Shown: piece after piece, positions 1 through 8,732 of the stretch | Numbering within the stretch: the first letter of the stretch is position 1 | Layout: every line of letters starts with the position of its first letter | From: a virus | Taxonomy: Duplodnaviria; Heunggongvirae; Uroviricota; Caudoviricetes | Virus record (IMG/VR): IMGVR_UViG_2609459847_000005 | Reading direction: 5' to 3' (one strand) | Length of the DNA: 26,651 nt | Translations under genes and position numbers: made by a program | Notes under the pieces: generated by a model | What the model was told of the DNA's origin: nothing | Seen by the model: the letters and a program-made list of their open reading frames with translations, nothing else | Database searches by the model: none

Positions 1-1073
1 CGTTTTGCCGCTTCTCCCAAACCAAGGTATGCGAGAAGACCAGCGACATCCTTTCCACTCAAATTAGTCAGCGTATTGTCCAGCGGTTGTTTACCTGCCA
101 GCGCATTAAGCATTGTCGTGGCAAAGTTCGGATCATTCCCCAACGCCGACGCCAGTTCGTTCAGTGTATCCAGTGCCGCAGGTGCAGAACCCACCATTGC
201 TGCAATCGCCGATTTCACAAAAGCCGTGGTGGCAATCTGTGTATTGTTGACCGACTGTGCAGCAGTGGGGGCTGTTGGCGTTCCGGTGAGTGCCGGACTC
301 GACAACGGCGCTTTCAGTGCCAGCGCATTGTTAATGGTGGTACTGAAATTCGGATCATTGTTAATGGCTGCGGCTATTTCTTTCAGCGTGTCCAGCGTGG
401 CTGGCGCACCATTAATAAGAGCCGTCAGTGCCGCCTGAACAAACGCGGTGGTCGCAACCTGCGTGGTGTTATTCCCTGCCGCTGGAGTTGGCGCTTTTGG
501 TGTCCCGGTAAACGTCGGACTTTCTTTGGGTGCATACTGTGAATGCGGGTCCGGTGCGGCAAGATGTTTTGCCATCTGATCATCCACGTACACCTTCAGC
601 TCCAGTACCTTGTCATCCACATACTTGCGGGTTGCCAGCACTACGGCAGGGTCGATTTTCAGGGTGATATTGTCCGTGCTGCTGGTAATCAGCACCATGC
701 GCACGGTCTGGGTACGCCCGCTGCCTTCAGCCAGTTGCGGCTTATAGCTTTCCGGGCAGTTGCCCACGGCAATCAATGCCCCGGACTCATCAAACAGGCC
801 CACTTCACGTATCCACCAACCGCCCTCGTTTTCAGGGATCACCTGTTCAGCAATAATCTGGCTGCTGTTCTGCGGGTCGATATAGAGCATATTCAGCGCA
901 GCCCGGCGTTTCTCATTTACCAATGCCGTCTGCTTGGCGTCCGGCGTTGGCAATGTTCCGCCGCCATCGCCCACCGCCATATGGGTAATTTTTAGCGGCA
1001 CACCGAGCGCGGCGGCGCTGGCAAGTTTCGCCGCGCCAATATCCGTCAGCAGGGTATAAAATTTTGTGCTCAT
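1..1073 (-). CDS. H: Tail fiber protein (P2 gpH-like), 5' portion; gene runs off the window start
   Basis: Minus-strand ATG at 1073 overlaps the stop of I (ATGA). Translation begins MSTKFYTLLTDIGAAKLASAAALG..., resembling the P2 H N-terminus (MSTKF...). No minus-strand stop-bounded ORF is listed in 1..1070, consistent with a long ORF leaving the window. Contains internal imperfect repeats. Confidence 0.8.
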   Translation of the reverse strand, partial: MSTKFYTLLTDIGAAKLASAAALGVPLKITHMAVGDGGGTLPTPDAKQTALVNEKRRAALNMLYIDPQNSSQIIAEQVIPENEGGWWIREVGLFDESGALIAVGNCPESYKPQLAEGSGRTQTVRMVLITSSTDNITLKIDPAVVLATRKYVDDKVLELKVYVDDQMAKHLAAPDPHSQYAPKESPTFTGTPKAPTPAAGNNTTQVATTAFVQAALTALINGAPATLDTLKEIAAAINNDPNFSTTINNALALKAPLSSPALTGTPTAPTAAQSVNNTQIATTAFVKSAIAAMVGSAPAALDTLNELASALGNDPNFATTMLNALAGKQPLDNTLTNLSGKDVAGLLAYLGLGEAAK

Positions 1074-1675
1074 GGATTCACTCTCATTGTGTCAATAACA
1101 TGGACCGCCCCGCCTTCATGCGCGGTGCCGCCGGAAATAATTGTTTCGTTGATATACGGATAGATCGTGATTTCTTCGCCAAGATAGCTGGCGGCCCCCA
1201 CCCAATGCGGACCGCTGGTCTGCAGATTGATGGACATGCCGATCATGTGACGGCTACATGGTTTGGCATCGCTTATCAGCCGCTCAAGTTCCAGATAGGT
1301 ATCTTCAGTGATGCCCTGGTCCTGCACGCCGATATCCAGGCGAAACGTGCCCGGTGTTTCTCCGGTCTGCCACCACTCAATAATGCGGATCAGGAAGCCG
1401 AACGGTTCCACCACCCGCCGCACGGCACTGGTAGTTCCTTTATGCTGATGAATATAAAAAGCATCCTTCACTACCTGGCGTTTGACGCTTTCTGTCCAGC
1501 CCTCGTCCCAGCGATCCACAGAGAACGCCCAGGCGAGATAAGGCAGGAAGCTGACCGGACAGGTAGCCGGATTCCACAAGTCACGCAGCGGCACCTGCAG
1601 ATCAGAAATCCCGCTACAGGTTTGCGCCAGTCGGCGCTCCAGTGAAGTTGAACCCGGTGGCAGCAGACTATTCAT
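1070..1675 (-). CDS. I: Baseplate assembly protein (P2 gpI-like)
   Basis: 201-aa ORF, MNSLLPPGSTSLERRLAQT...VPLRDLWNPATCP, recalled similarity to P2 I; position between J and H; ATG at 1673-1675. Confidence 0.85.
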   Translation of the reverse strand: MNSLLPPGSTSLERRLAQTCSGISDLQVPLRDLWNPATCPVSFLPYLAWAFSVDRWDEGWTESVKRQVVKDAFYIHQHKGTTSAVRRVVEPFGFLIRIIEWWQTGETPGTFRLDIGVQDQGITEDTYLELERLISDAKPCSRHMIGMSINLQTSGPHWVGAASYLGEEITIYPYINETIISGGTAHEGGAVHVIDTMRVNP

Positions 1676-2576
1676 CCGTTCCTCCGTTGGTTACGCTCCA
1701 CTGCGTACATGATGCCGCCTGTGTTTTGTTCAGGACCACATCCGCCAGCGGAGAAGCCAGTTCCACACGTTGAACACCCTCAACATGCAGAGCAGCAAAG
1801 ATGGCGCTACGGCGAATATCCCGACCAAGCCTCGTCTGGCTGGCAATGTACTTCTGCAGACTGGCTTTTGCCGCTGCCATTACCGGCTCTGCTTCCGGTC
1901 CCGGATAGAGAAAAATGGTGGCTTCCACGCGATACGGGATGATTTCTGCGCTGCGAACCGTAAGACGGTCAGCCACCGGGCGGACGTTCTCACTGTTCAG
2001 AGCTTTTTCCACCACGTCCAGCAGGTCTTTTTCTGCAGTTCCATCGCCTTCGCGGCTAAGGACAGTCAGCACCACCTCTGCAGGTGCCGGGCTGGTTGCA
2101 CTGGCATCCGCCACCCGACCGTCGGCGCTTCGGGCATGAAATTCATAAGCTGCAGTTGGCCCCGCAACTGAAAGCCCTTCAAAGGCTGCAGGCACACGCA
2201 GGCGTAACGCTTCATCGCTTTCCATCACAGCTGCAACGGGCGGCACAGCGTCATTATCAGCAGGCGTCACCGTCAGGCGTTTCACGTTGTAGTTGGCGGC
2301 GAGCTGGTCCAGATCGCCCCCTATGGCATAAGCCACCATCACCGCCTGCGCGGCTTCGTTAATGCGCTGGCGCAGAAGCAACTCACGGTAAGCATTCTCC
2401 TGCAACAATTTGGTGACGGGTTCAGATTCCAGTTCCAGCGTGCGGATCACTGCTTCCTGCTCATCTTTCGGATGAAGCGCCACAAATTCTGCCTTGCGTT
2501 CGGCAAGCAGCGTCTCAAAGTCCGGCACATCCACAATCTGCGGCGCAGGCAACTGCGAAAGGTCAATCACTGCCAT
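1668..2576 (-). CDS. J: Baseplate assembly protein (P2 gpJ-like)
   Basis: ORF 1668..2615; start moved to internal ATG (MAVIDLSQLPAPQIVDVPDFETLLAERKAEF...), about 302 aa, matching P2 J length and gene order W-J-I-H. Confidence 0.85.
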   Translation of the reverse strand: MAVIDLSQLPAPQIVDVPDFETLLAERKAEFVALHPKDEQEAVIRTLELESEPVTKLLQENAYRELLLRQRINEAAQAVMVAYAIGGDLDQLAANYNVKRLTVTPADNDAVPPVAAVMESDEALRLRVPAAFEGLSVAGPTAAYEFHARSADGRVADASATSPAPAEVVLTVLSREGDGTAEKDLLDVVEKALNSENVRPVADRLTVRSAEIIPYRVEATIFLYPGPEAEPVMAAAKASLQKYIASQTRLGRDIRRSAIFAALHVEGVQRVELASPLADVVLNKTQAASCTQWSVTNGGTDE

Positions 2577-2922
2577 TCTCTGCTCCTGTTGATACGGAAA
2601 GGGAAACAGGCACACCGTTATTACGCCGCCCGGTCAGCTCCACCACCATTGAACCGTCAAAATTGCTGTTAATGGTGATGGAATCCAGCGTCAGCCGTGG
2701 CTCCCAGCGACTCAGCGCCACATACACTGCCGACATGACCTGCAGGCGTAATGCCGGATTTTGTGGCTGGTCTATCAGTGCCGACAGCAGGGAACCATAT
2801 TCCCGACGGGCAATGCGGCTACCCTGCGGCGTCAGCAAAATGTCCCGCACCGACTGGCGCAGATGATCAATATCAGTAATGGCTTTACCGCTGGTATTGT
2901 TCATCCCGCTATAAAGCGTCAT
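2563..2922 (-). CDS. W: Baseplate protein (P2 gpW-like, gp25/lysozyme-like fold family)
   Basis: 119-aa ORF with ATG at 2920-2922; position between V and J; size matches P2 W (about 115 aa). Confidence 0.85.
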   Translation of the reverse strand: MTLYSGMNNTSGKAITDIDHLRQSVRDILLTPQGSRIARREYGSLLSALIDQPQNPALRLQVMSAVYVALSRWEPRLTLDSITINSNFDGSMVVELTGRRNNGVPVSLSVSTGAENGSD

Positions 2923-3497
2923 ACCGGGCCTCCGGTTGTGTCGCCGCCTTTCAGGACGTCAGTATGCTGATGCGCATCAACCACGATCCCGTTAGAACTC
3001 ATCGCTCCGCCGCCCTGGGTAACGCCACCATTGATCACCACTTCGCTGTTAATGCGCGTGCGGTCAGCCTCCAGTACAAACTCACTGGTTTTCATGGTGA
3101 TGTTGTCAGCGGCCTCAATGACCATTGATTTGATGCCCCTGACATACCAGCGCCCGGTAGTGGGTTCGTATTCAAACCAGCCGCCGTCAGGATGTTCTGT
3201 CACGCAGGCGTCTGCCGACGTCGACGGTGGTGCGAACTGATTCGAATAGACAGCGGGCAGCGCAAAGGCAGTTTCCAGATTGCCGCCCAGACTCAGCAGC
3301 ACCACCTGCTCACCTTCCGATGGTCGCCACCATGTGCGGGCATTCCCGGCACGCAGCGTCAGCCAGCTGATCCAGTTGGTTTCAAGCTCGCCCGTTTTCA
3401 CCCGGCAAAGCCAGTTTTCCCGGTCCACTTCGGTGACTACACCAGTGCGGATCAGGTTGGTGATAAGGCGCATGATTTCGGTTAGTTGTGCGTTCAT
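2919..3497 (-). CDS. V: Baseplate spike/assembly protein (P2 gpV-like)
   Basis: ORF 2919..3605; start moved to internal ATG at 3497 (MNAQLTEIMRLITNLIRTGVVTEVD...), which aligns with the recalled P2 V N-terminus (...IRTGII...). The upstream 36 codons of the track ORF overlap the oppositely oriented cargo gene and are treated as spurious. Confidence 0.85.
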   Translation of the reverse strand: MNAQLTEIMRLITNLIRTGVVTEVDRENWLCRVKTGELETNWISWLTLRAGNARTWWRPSEGEQVVLLSLGGNLETAFALPAVYSNQFAPPSTSADACVTEHPDGGWFEYEPTTGRWYVRGIKSMVIEAADNITMKTSEFVLEADRTRINSEVVINGGVTQGGGAMSSNGIVVDAHQHTDVLKGGDTTGGPV

Positions 3498-3543
3498 AGG
3501 GTTAGGTTGCACGGACCTTGAATCTATGGCATCAATACGTCCT

Positions 3544-3561
3544 TGTGTGGTAAATGACACA
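3544..3561. promoter_or_regulatory. TGT-N12-ACA dyad, candidate Ogr/B-type late-activator site (P_V position)
   Basis: Sequence TGTgtggtaaatgacACA at 3544..3561 matches the P2/186 late-promoter activator dyad and lies between S and V. Spacing to the V ATG is shorter than expected and the motif is short, so this is weak. Confidence 0.3.
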
Positions 3562-3592
3562 AATACAATTCCAATCAAAGAAAGGTAAAAGA

Positions 3593-4123
3593 ATGAGCCA
3601 TCCAATTGATTATTACGCTATAGAAGAACACGCAAGAATAATTGAGCAATTATGCTGTTCATCTGAATTTTATTTACAGCGTATATATTCCACACAGAAA
3701 GTATATGATGGTTCTATAGTAACTGAATTTGAAATGGAGGAGTTATCGTACAACGGATGGTTGGAATATACCATTAGCAACAATCTTATTAGCCTTTGTA
3801 CAAAACTACGAATTCTCCAAGACACTAGTGAACATGAGTGGAACCCAGATTACTCACCTGAGAAAGAAGCATTTGAAGAACATGAAAATATACTTTTTGT
3901 TATAGATGGTCATGTTAAAGATTCTATACGCGAATGCTGCAATAAAATTATTCACGCATTAAGTTTTGAGTTAACAAAAAAGACCGGCAAAAATGGAATA
4001 AAATATTGGGACGGTTCTATTATTGCTTCTGGGGTTCAAAACAAAAAAAACTGGAAAATTAAAATAGACCTTTTCCCTTTTTGCCAAAGCATAAAAAGTT
4101 ATTTAAGTTTATTAAGAGCGTAA
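3593..4123 (+). CDS. Hypothetical protein (176 aa), AT-rich cargo gene between S and V
   Basis: ORF 3554..4123 (189 aa); preferred start is ATG 3593 preceded by aaaGGtaaaag. It is on the opposite strand to the flanking late genes, strongly AT-rich against a GC-rich backbone, and fills the S-V gap exactly (V start 3497, S stop 4129). No recognisable domain. Confidence 0.65.
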   Translation: MSHPIDYYAIEEHARIIEQLCCSSEFYLQRIYSTQKVYDGSIVTEFEMEELSYNGWLEYTISNNLISLCTKLRILQDTSEHEWNPDYSPEKEAFEEHENILFVIDGHVKDSIRECCNKIIHALSFELTKKTGKNGIKYWDGSIIASGVQNKKNWKIKIDLFPFCQSIKSYLSLLRA

Positions 4124-4128
4124 ACATT

Positions 4129-4581
4129 CTAATTTTTCATCAATAAATACTTTAAAAGTAAATCTCTTACTTCATTTTCAGTATGTTCATTTAAACCCAG
4201 CAATTTTCGGGATGGATACTTAATGACTCCCCCCTTTGGACTGACGCGATCGCGCAGACCGTAGTGATGAACACGGGCAATACGCTGTACCTTACCTTCA
4301 AACTGTACGCTGGCAGAATCCGCGCTGGCGGCAGTTCTCAGGTATTTTGTGGTGCGCAGCTTTGCAAACATCTGACGTTTGATGCGCCCCTTCTTGCTGC
4401 GTGCTGTTACCCTGCGCGGCTCATAACTGCTGCCATCTGGATTGCGCTGCATCCTGATATTCTGCTGCTGTGTCCGGCGCAGTTCCTGCGCCAGCTGGCG
4501 CATCATTCGGCTTCTTGCGGCTGGTTCCAGATTCGCCAGCAAAGCACTCAGCCAGTCGTCCACCTTCTGCAGTTCAGCCAC
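4129..4581 (-). CDS. S: Tail completion / virion morphogenesis protein (P2 gpS-like)
   Basis: 150-aa ORF, same length as P2 S; GTG start at 4581 overlapping the R stop (translational coupling); gene order R-S. Confidence 0.8.
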   Translation of the reverse strand: MAELQKVDDWLSALLANLEPAARSRMMRQLAQELRRTQQQNIRMQRNPDGSSYEPRRVTARSKKGRIKRQMFAKLRTTKYLRTAASADSASVQFEGKVQRIARVHHYGLRDRVSPKGGVIKYPSRKLLGLNEHTENEVRDLLLKYLLMKN

Positions 4582-5005
4582 GTTTCACCGTCCACATTTC
4601 TTCAGGTTCATCGGGTTCCGCTACTGCTTCAACGCTCGACACACTTCCGTCAGTGCTGACCAGCACACGTTCCGTCAGTTGCAGGTTGAGGCTGATATCA
4701 CAGACATCGTTGCGCAGAATATCCACCTCAAAGGTGAATAACTTTTCCCGTAACGCCGGATTATTGATGGCATCGGGCTGGTTATCACGCAGCCACAGCA
4801 AAACCGGGGCCATCAGCAGATTCTGGTCGCCGCTGAAATCCTCAATCACCACGTTGAGGGTATAACGGTACTCCCATGACATGGAGCTGGCCCCCGTGGC
4901 AACCAGCGAACCGTTATCCACAAACAGATGCAGCTTATCCGGGTTATTGCGGACATAAGGCACTGCTTTATTGAGGGCGTGGCGCAGGGATTGTGGTTTG
5001 TTCAC
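4574..5005 (-). CDS. R: Tail completion protein (P2 gpR-like)
   Basis: ORF 4574..5026 begins with TTG; the in-frame GTG at 5005 is preceded by AGGAG and gives MNKPQSLRHAL..., close to the recalled P2 R N-terminus (MLKPDSLRRAL). Confidence 0.8.
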   Translation of the reverse strand: MNKPQSLRHALNKAVPYVRNNPDKLHLFVDNGSLVATGASSMSWEYRYTLNVVIEDFSGDQNLLMAPVLLWLRDNQPDAINNPALREKLFTFEVDILRNDVCDISLNLQLTERVLVSTDGSVSSVEAVAEPDEPEEMWTVKRG

Positions 5006-5258
5006 TGTTTCGCTCCTGACACGCAATAATCATGTCCACTTTGTCTGCACAGACCGCCCAGGCGGCCTCCGTTTCATCCAGCAATGCGTTCAGATCACCG
5101 TTAGTGCGCGGCGCTGCCTGCTCCAGCCGACACGGCGTCACTCGCGGACAACCACTGACGGTAAGCTGCACCTCCGGTGAGTGCCGGACGTTCCCGCAGC
5201 CGGATAATGTCAGCAGGCAAAGGAGTATCAGCCCAGCGGCGTAAATCCTCGTTCTCAC
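4968..5258 (-). CDS. lysC: Outer-membrane spanin lipoprotein (LysC/Rz1-like), overlapping lysB and R
   Basis: 96-aa ORF, N-terminus MRTRIYAAGLILLCLLTLSGC has a signal peptide and lipobox (LSGC); out-of-frame overlap with lysB as in P2; GTG start with GAGGAA upstream. Confidence 0.7.
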   Translation of the reverse strand: MRTRIYAAGLILLCLLTLSGCGNVRHSPEVQLTVSGCPRVTPCRLEQAAPRTNGDLNALLDETEAAWAVCADKVDMIIACQERNSEQTTIPAPRPQ

Positions 5259-5529
5259 GTTTCAGTTCCTCGATCCGGTGTTGTCGTTGTCTCAGCAGCG
5301 CGCTGGTCTGTTCTGCTTCGGCATAGAGCCGCGCCTGCTCCCGGTTATTGGTTTCAGCCAGAATGGACAGACTGATCAGCTGGCTATTTTTCTTCGTCAG
5401 TTCGTGCGCTTTACTTTTCAGCGCCGCGCGCTGCGTTTCGATGGTGTGGCTGGCGCTGTTAAGCCGCCACGACTGCCAGCCCAGCGCAACGAGTGCCAGC
5501 GCCGCCACTACCGCCAGCGCACGCGTCAT
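5101..5529 (-). CDS. lysB: Inner-membrane spanin (LysB/Rz-like)
   Basis: 142-aa ORF with N-terminal TM segment (ALAVVAALALVALGW) then charged coiled-coil-like region; ATG overlaps the endolysin stop (ATGA); size matches P2 LysB. Confidence 0.8.
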   Translation of the reverse strand: MTRALAVVAALALVALGWQSWRLNSASHTIETQRAALKSKAHELTKKNSQLISLSILAETNNREQARLYAEAEQTSALLRQRQHRIEELKRENEDLRRWADTPLPADIIRLRERPALTGGAAYRQWLSASDAVSAGAGSAAH

Positions 5530-6041
5530 AATCCAGCTCCTTTAAGGCACCAGGCCATCTCCCGCGCACGGCGGTTATCCAGCCCCTGATTAAACACACC
5601 TTTCACATAAACCCAGCGCGGCAACTGTCGGCACGCTTCTGCCCAGCGCCGCTGATTGAGCAATTTCACCAGCGTAGAACTGCAGGCATTGCCCGTTCCC
5701 ACGTTGAAGGCAAACGACACCGTAGCGTCATATACCTTCTGCGGCGGCTGTTGCTTCACACACCTTTCCAGCGCCCGCTCCACACGCAGCACGTTGGAAA
5801 TAAGCCCTTCTGCTGCCTGTCGTTCCGTGATTGTTTTGCCGGGAATGACGCCCGACGTATTTCCAATGCCGTCGGTCCAGACACCCGCGCTGCACTGATA
5901 CGGCTGCAGACGACAACCTTCGTAATCGGCAATCAGTTTCAGCCCCTCCACGGAGGTGTGAAGCTGCTGAAACCCCGGCAGCGTGGCAGCAATAGCCAGC
6001 ACGGCCCCGACAAGGCAGCGTTTAACGATTGATGGATTCAT
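5526..6041 (-). CDS. K: Endolysin (phage lysozyme, P2 gpK-like) with hydrophobic N-terminal segment
   Basis: 171-aa ORF following the holin; position and size match P2 K; N-terminus MNPSIVKRCLVGAVLAIAATLPG is signal-anchor-like. Confidence 0.8.
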   Translation of the reverse strand: MNPSIVKRCLVGAVLAIAATLPGFQQLHTSVEGLKLIADYEGCRLQPYQCSAGVWTDGIGNTSGVIPGKTITERQAAEGLISNVLRVERALERCVKQQPPQKVYDATVSFAFNVGTGNACSSTLVKLLNQRRWAEACRQLPRWVYVKGVFNQGLDNRRAREMAWCLKGAGL

Positions 6042-6237
6042 AGTCCTCCCGCGAAATCTGCCCGTCGCGCAGAAGCTGGTAGGCTTTGTGTTTGTAGTAC
6101 CAGTTGATAGCCAGCATCAGCACACCAATCATCAGGCCGCCCAGCGTTGAGGCATCCTTGATGGACAAATCGCCCAGCCAGGCCAGCACGACGGCGATGC
6201 AATACGTGATAAAGGCGCTGATTCGCTCAAGCGTCAT
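6022..6237 (-). CDS. Holin (small, two predicted TM helices)
   Basis: 71-aa ORF with two hydrophobic stretches (ISAFITYCIAVVLAWL; LGGLMIGVLMLAINWYY) and a charged C-terminus; lies between X and the endolysin. Confidence 0.75.
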   Translation of the reverse strand: MTLERISAFITYCIAVVLAWLGDLSIKDASTLGGLMIGVLMLAINWYYKHKAYQLLRDGQISREDYESINR

Positions 6238-6240
6238 AAT

Positions 6241-6444
6241 TCAGTCCCATAGCTGGACGGTCTGCACGGTGGTGGTTGTCGGAATGTCCGGCAGCTCCAC
6301 CTGCAGCCCGTGAGGTAAAAAGGGGCCGTATTCGGCAAGCCCCGGATTTGCCTTCAGTACCTGCTCCGTGACACCCTGCGTGCGCCCGTAATGACGCCAG
6401 CAAAGTGCGTCCACCGTGTCATACTGATGCGCACGCACTTTCAT
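6241..6444 (-). CDS. X: Tail protein X (P2 gpX-like, LysM-like)
   Basis: 67-aa ORF, same length as P2 X; ATG overlaps the L stop. Confidence 0.8.
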   Translation of the reverse strand: MKVRAHQYDTVDALCWRHYGRTQGVTEQVLKANPGLAEYGPFLPHGLQVELPDIPTTTTVQTVQLWD

Positions 6445-6908
6445 CAGATAAGCTCCACTGTGCAGTGCGGCGCATCCTGCACCCGGCTGATGGCCCAGCG
6501 GGCGTCACGCCATAAATCACCGCTTGCTTCCGCCAGTTCCTCGCCTCGCTTCGCACCGGATGCCGTGGCGTCATAGTCCTGGTAACGTTCGTTGAGCATG
6601 GCGCGTGCCCAGCAGTAAACCGCGTTGAAATAGTGCTGAATGCGCTCGCTTTTGCCGTCCAGTTGTTCCGCCGGGACTTCTGCCAGCGAGGCATACCCCA
6701 GCATCTGCTGGCGTCTGCGAAACTCATACAGCTCTGCGTTGACCTCCGAAATTGCCGACAGCGCAACCTGCTTTAAACGCGGCTGCGTCACCGTGCCGTC
6801 AGTGCGCATGACACTGCGAAACTCCGACAGGTCCACATCAGGCCAGAACGGCGTATTTCTGATGATTTCCGCCTGTTCCGGTGCCTGTTCTGGCGCAACA
6901 AACTTCAT
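6444..6908 (-). CDS. L: Head completion/stabilisation protein (P2 gpL-like)
   Basis: ORF 6444..6971; start moved to internal ATG 6908 (MKFVAPEQ...) preceded by AGGAGA, about 154 aa; order M-L-X. Confidence 0.8.
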   Translation of the reverse strand: MKFVAPEQAPEQAEIIRNTPFWPDVDLSEFRSVMRTDGTVTQPRLKQVALSAISEVNAELYEFRRRQQMLGYASLAEVPAEQLDGKSERIQHYFNAVYCWARAMLNERYQDYDATASGAKRGEELAEASGDLWRDARWAISRVQDAPHCTVELI

Positions 6909-7003
6909 GCTGCTTTCTCCTGAAATAAAGGGCGGTGGACGGGGTTTTGATGTGGCAGTGCCTTTCGCCACCCCGTGCCGCCCGTGCGCGGGGGCACGTT
7001 CTG

Positions 7004-7654
7004 TCAGCGGCTGTCATTGCGCAGTCTGCGCTCCAGCTGCTGTTTGTCTTTTTTCACGCCACAGCGGGGATCGAGCTGTAACGCATGGTTGAGATGATTA
7101 AGGGCGGAAGCCGGATTACTTTCACTCAGGACAGCGCCAATCGCTTTATGCAGACGCGCCCGTGACTGGTCCGGCATATCCAGACCGTCTGTCAGCTCCA
7201 GCGTCTGCAGCAGCAGATCGACATCAAAGCCGGTAGTGGCAAGCATTGCGCTCTGCGCTGCGTCTGCCATTTCCTCTGCCAGCACGGTCTGCACGTTGCG
7301 GTTACCCAGCGGCATCACCCAGCCATGACGCAGGGCATGACGCCCGATCTCCAGCGCTCCGACATAATCTCCGGCATCAATGCGCCACAGCATCACGTAC
7401 ATCAGCACGTCATCCTGTTGAGCGCCTCCGGCAGCCAGGACACCCTCCGCCCAGGCGGCGTATTTCGGCAGCAGCTCCACCTTGATTTCCGCTTTTTTGA
7501 CCGTGGACTGAACGCCCTTGAGACGGCGGCGGTCTTCTGCCAGTTGCAGCAGCATCAGGTCATAGCCCGACGCGTGGCGAACGCTGCCGCCCTCGCGGGC
7601 GGCCTGTTCAGCCTGAACGCGCAGGCGATGCTGCCGTGCGGGACTCAGGCTCAT
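7004..7654 (-). CDS. M: Terminase small (endonuclease) subunit (P2 gpM-like)
   Basis: 216-aa ORF directly downstream of N; ATG at 7652-7654; P2 gene order O-N-M-L. Confidence 0.8.
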   Translation of the reverse strand: MSLSPARQHRLRVQAEQAAREGGSVRHASGYDLMLLQLAEDRRRLKGVQSTVKKAEIKVELLPKYAAWAEGVLAAGGAQQDDVLMYVMLWRIDAGDYVGALEIGRHALRHGWVMPLGNRNVQTVLAEEMADAAQSAMLATTGFDVDLLLQTLELTDGLDMPDQSRARLHKAIGAVLSESNPASALNHLNHALQLDPRCGVKKDKQQLERRLRNDSR

Positions 7655-7657
7655 GGT

Positions 7658-8716
7658 TTACGCTCCGGTTTCTGCTGCGGCGGCGCTGAAGTCGCCAATC
7701 TGGATGTTTTCCACCAGTGCGGCGCAGCGGTAGTCCTCAACCACATAGGCTTCGTTAACGGATTCAAAATTTTCAATCCGGTCACGTTTCGGGTTGTCGA
7801 TAACCGAACGGCGGCGGGTGTCTTCCTGCCAGTAAATGGACAGGTTATCCAGACGGGTGATCAGCAGCGCATTCGGCGGGAAGAACGGCGCACGCACGGC
7901 CTGCAGGCCACCCATGCGTTTCTGACTGATGATCATATCGGCAGCCAGTTTTTCACTGTTTTCCTGCTCTTTGTTGACCAGCGGGAAATACTTGTCAGAC
8001 AGCAGCTCACGACCGCAAATCACCACCAGATCGTCATCGTCCTGGTAGACCACGTCGATAAGCTCATTGACCGCATCCATCACCACGGCGTCCAGGTTGG
8101 CATATTCGCCACCTTTCCCGACTTTCACCGCACCCGGTGTGGTTTCACCGCCCGTGGTGGTGCTGCCCATGACGTGATCCGGTGCATCCTCACGGATTTT
8201 CTGCAGCCAGCCTTTGTTCACATCCTGCAGCAGCGGGTTTTCGCTACGGTTGGAGGTTTTCGCACGCTTCACGCCGTTAAAGCCGATCATGATGCGGTCC
8301 AGTGCCTGGCGTTTCACGATGGCGTCACGGATACGCACCTGGAAATCCTGAAACTTCGCCCACAGGTCCAGCTTCGCGTAGGTCAGCACCGTGTCAAAGT
8401 TGGTCTGTTCGCATTTGTATTCCACATCGATCATCAGCGTCGGATCGACAGGTTCACGCTCTTTCGCGGTGGTGTCAGTGGTTCCGGCAATGGTGCTGCC
8501 AACACCCAATCCAAGCAGCTGACCGGACTGCTCAGTCACTGGCGTGACGTTAATCAGCGTCAGGAAAGCGGCGGACTGCTGGATCTGGTCTTCCAGCGTC
8601 TGCTGCACAGACGGCTCTACGGTGAACTTGCTGGACAGTTCCTCAACTGCCACACCGTTCAGACGCGCCAGTTGCTGCAGGTAAGCGTTAAAAGCAAAAC
8701 GGGTATTCTTCTTCAT
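7658..8716 (-). CDS. N: Major capsid protein (P2 gpN-like)
   Basis: 352-aa ORF (P2 N about 357 aa); GGAG Shine-Dalgarno before ATG 8716; follows scaffold gene O. Confidence 0.9.
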   Translation of the reverse strand: MKKNTRFAFNAYLQQLARLNGVAVEELSSKFTVEPSVQQTLEDQIQQSAAFLTLINVTPVTEQSGQLLGLGVGSTIAGTTDTTAKEREPVDPTLMIDVEYKCEQTNFDTVLTYAKLDLWAKFQDFQVRIRDAIVKRQALDRIMIGFNGVKRAKTSNRSENPLLQDVNKGWLQKIREDAPDHVMGSTTTGGETTPGAVKVGKGGEYANLDAVVMDAVNELIDVVYQDDDDLVVICGRELLSDKYFPLVNKEQENSEKLAADMIISQKRMGGLQAVRAPFFPPNALLITRLDNLSIYWQEDTRRRSVIDNPKRDRIENFESVNEAYVVEDYRCAALVENIQIGDFSAAAAETGA

Positions 8717-8732
8717 TGGGTTTTATGCTCCA

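Noticed and set aside
100-480. Imperfect tandem direct repeats inside the first 500 bp (possible repeat array)
   Set aside because: They fall inside the H coding frame and match the known habit of tail fibers to carry repeated peptide modules; no spacer/repeat regularity of a CRISPR array.
76-995. Plus-strand ORFs 76..438, 87..542 and 543..995, repeat-rich and Ala/Ser/Cys/Arg-rich
   Set aside because: They lie antisense to the tail fiber gene H, whose minus-strand frame begins with a P2 H-like N-terminus at 1073. The repetitiveness reflects tail-fiber coding repeats, so these are shadow ORFs.
1064-1645. 193-aa plus-strand ORF
   Set aside because: Antisense to baseplate gene I, which has a recognisable P2 I-like protein sequence.
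3498-3605. N-terminal 36-codon extension of the V ORF
   Set aside because: Overlaps the oppositely oriented cargo gene; the P2 V-like sequence begins at the internal ATG 3497.
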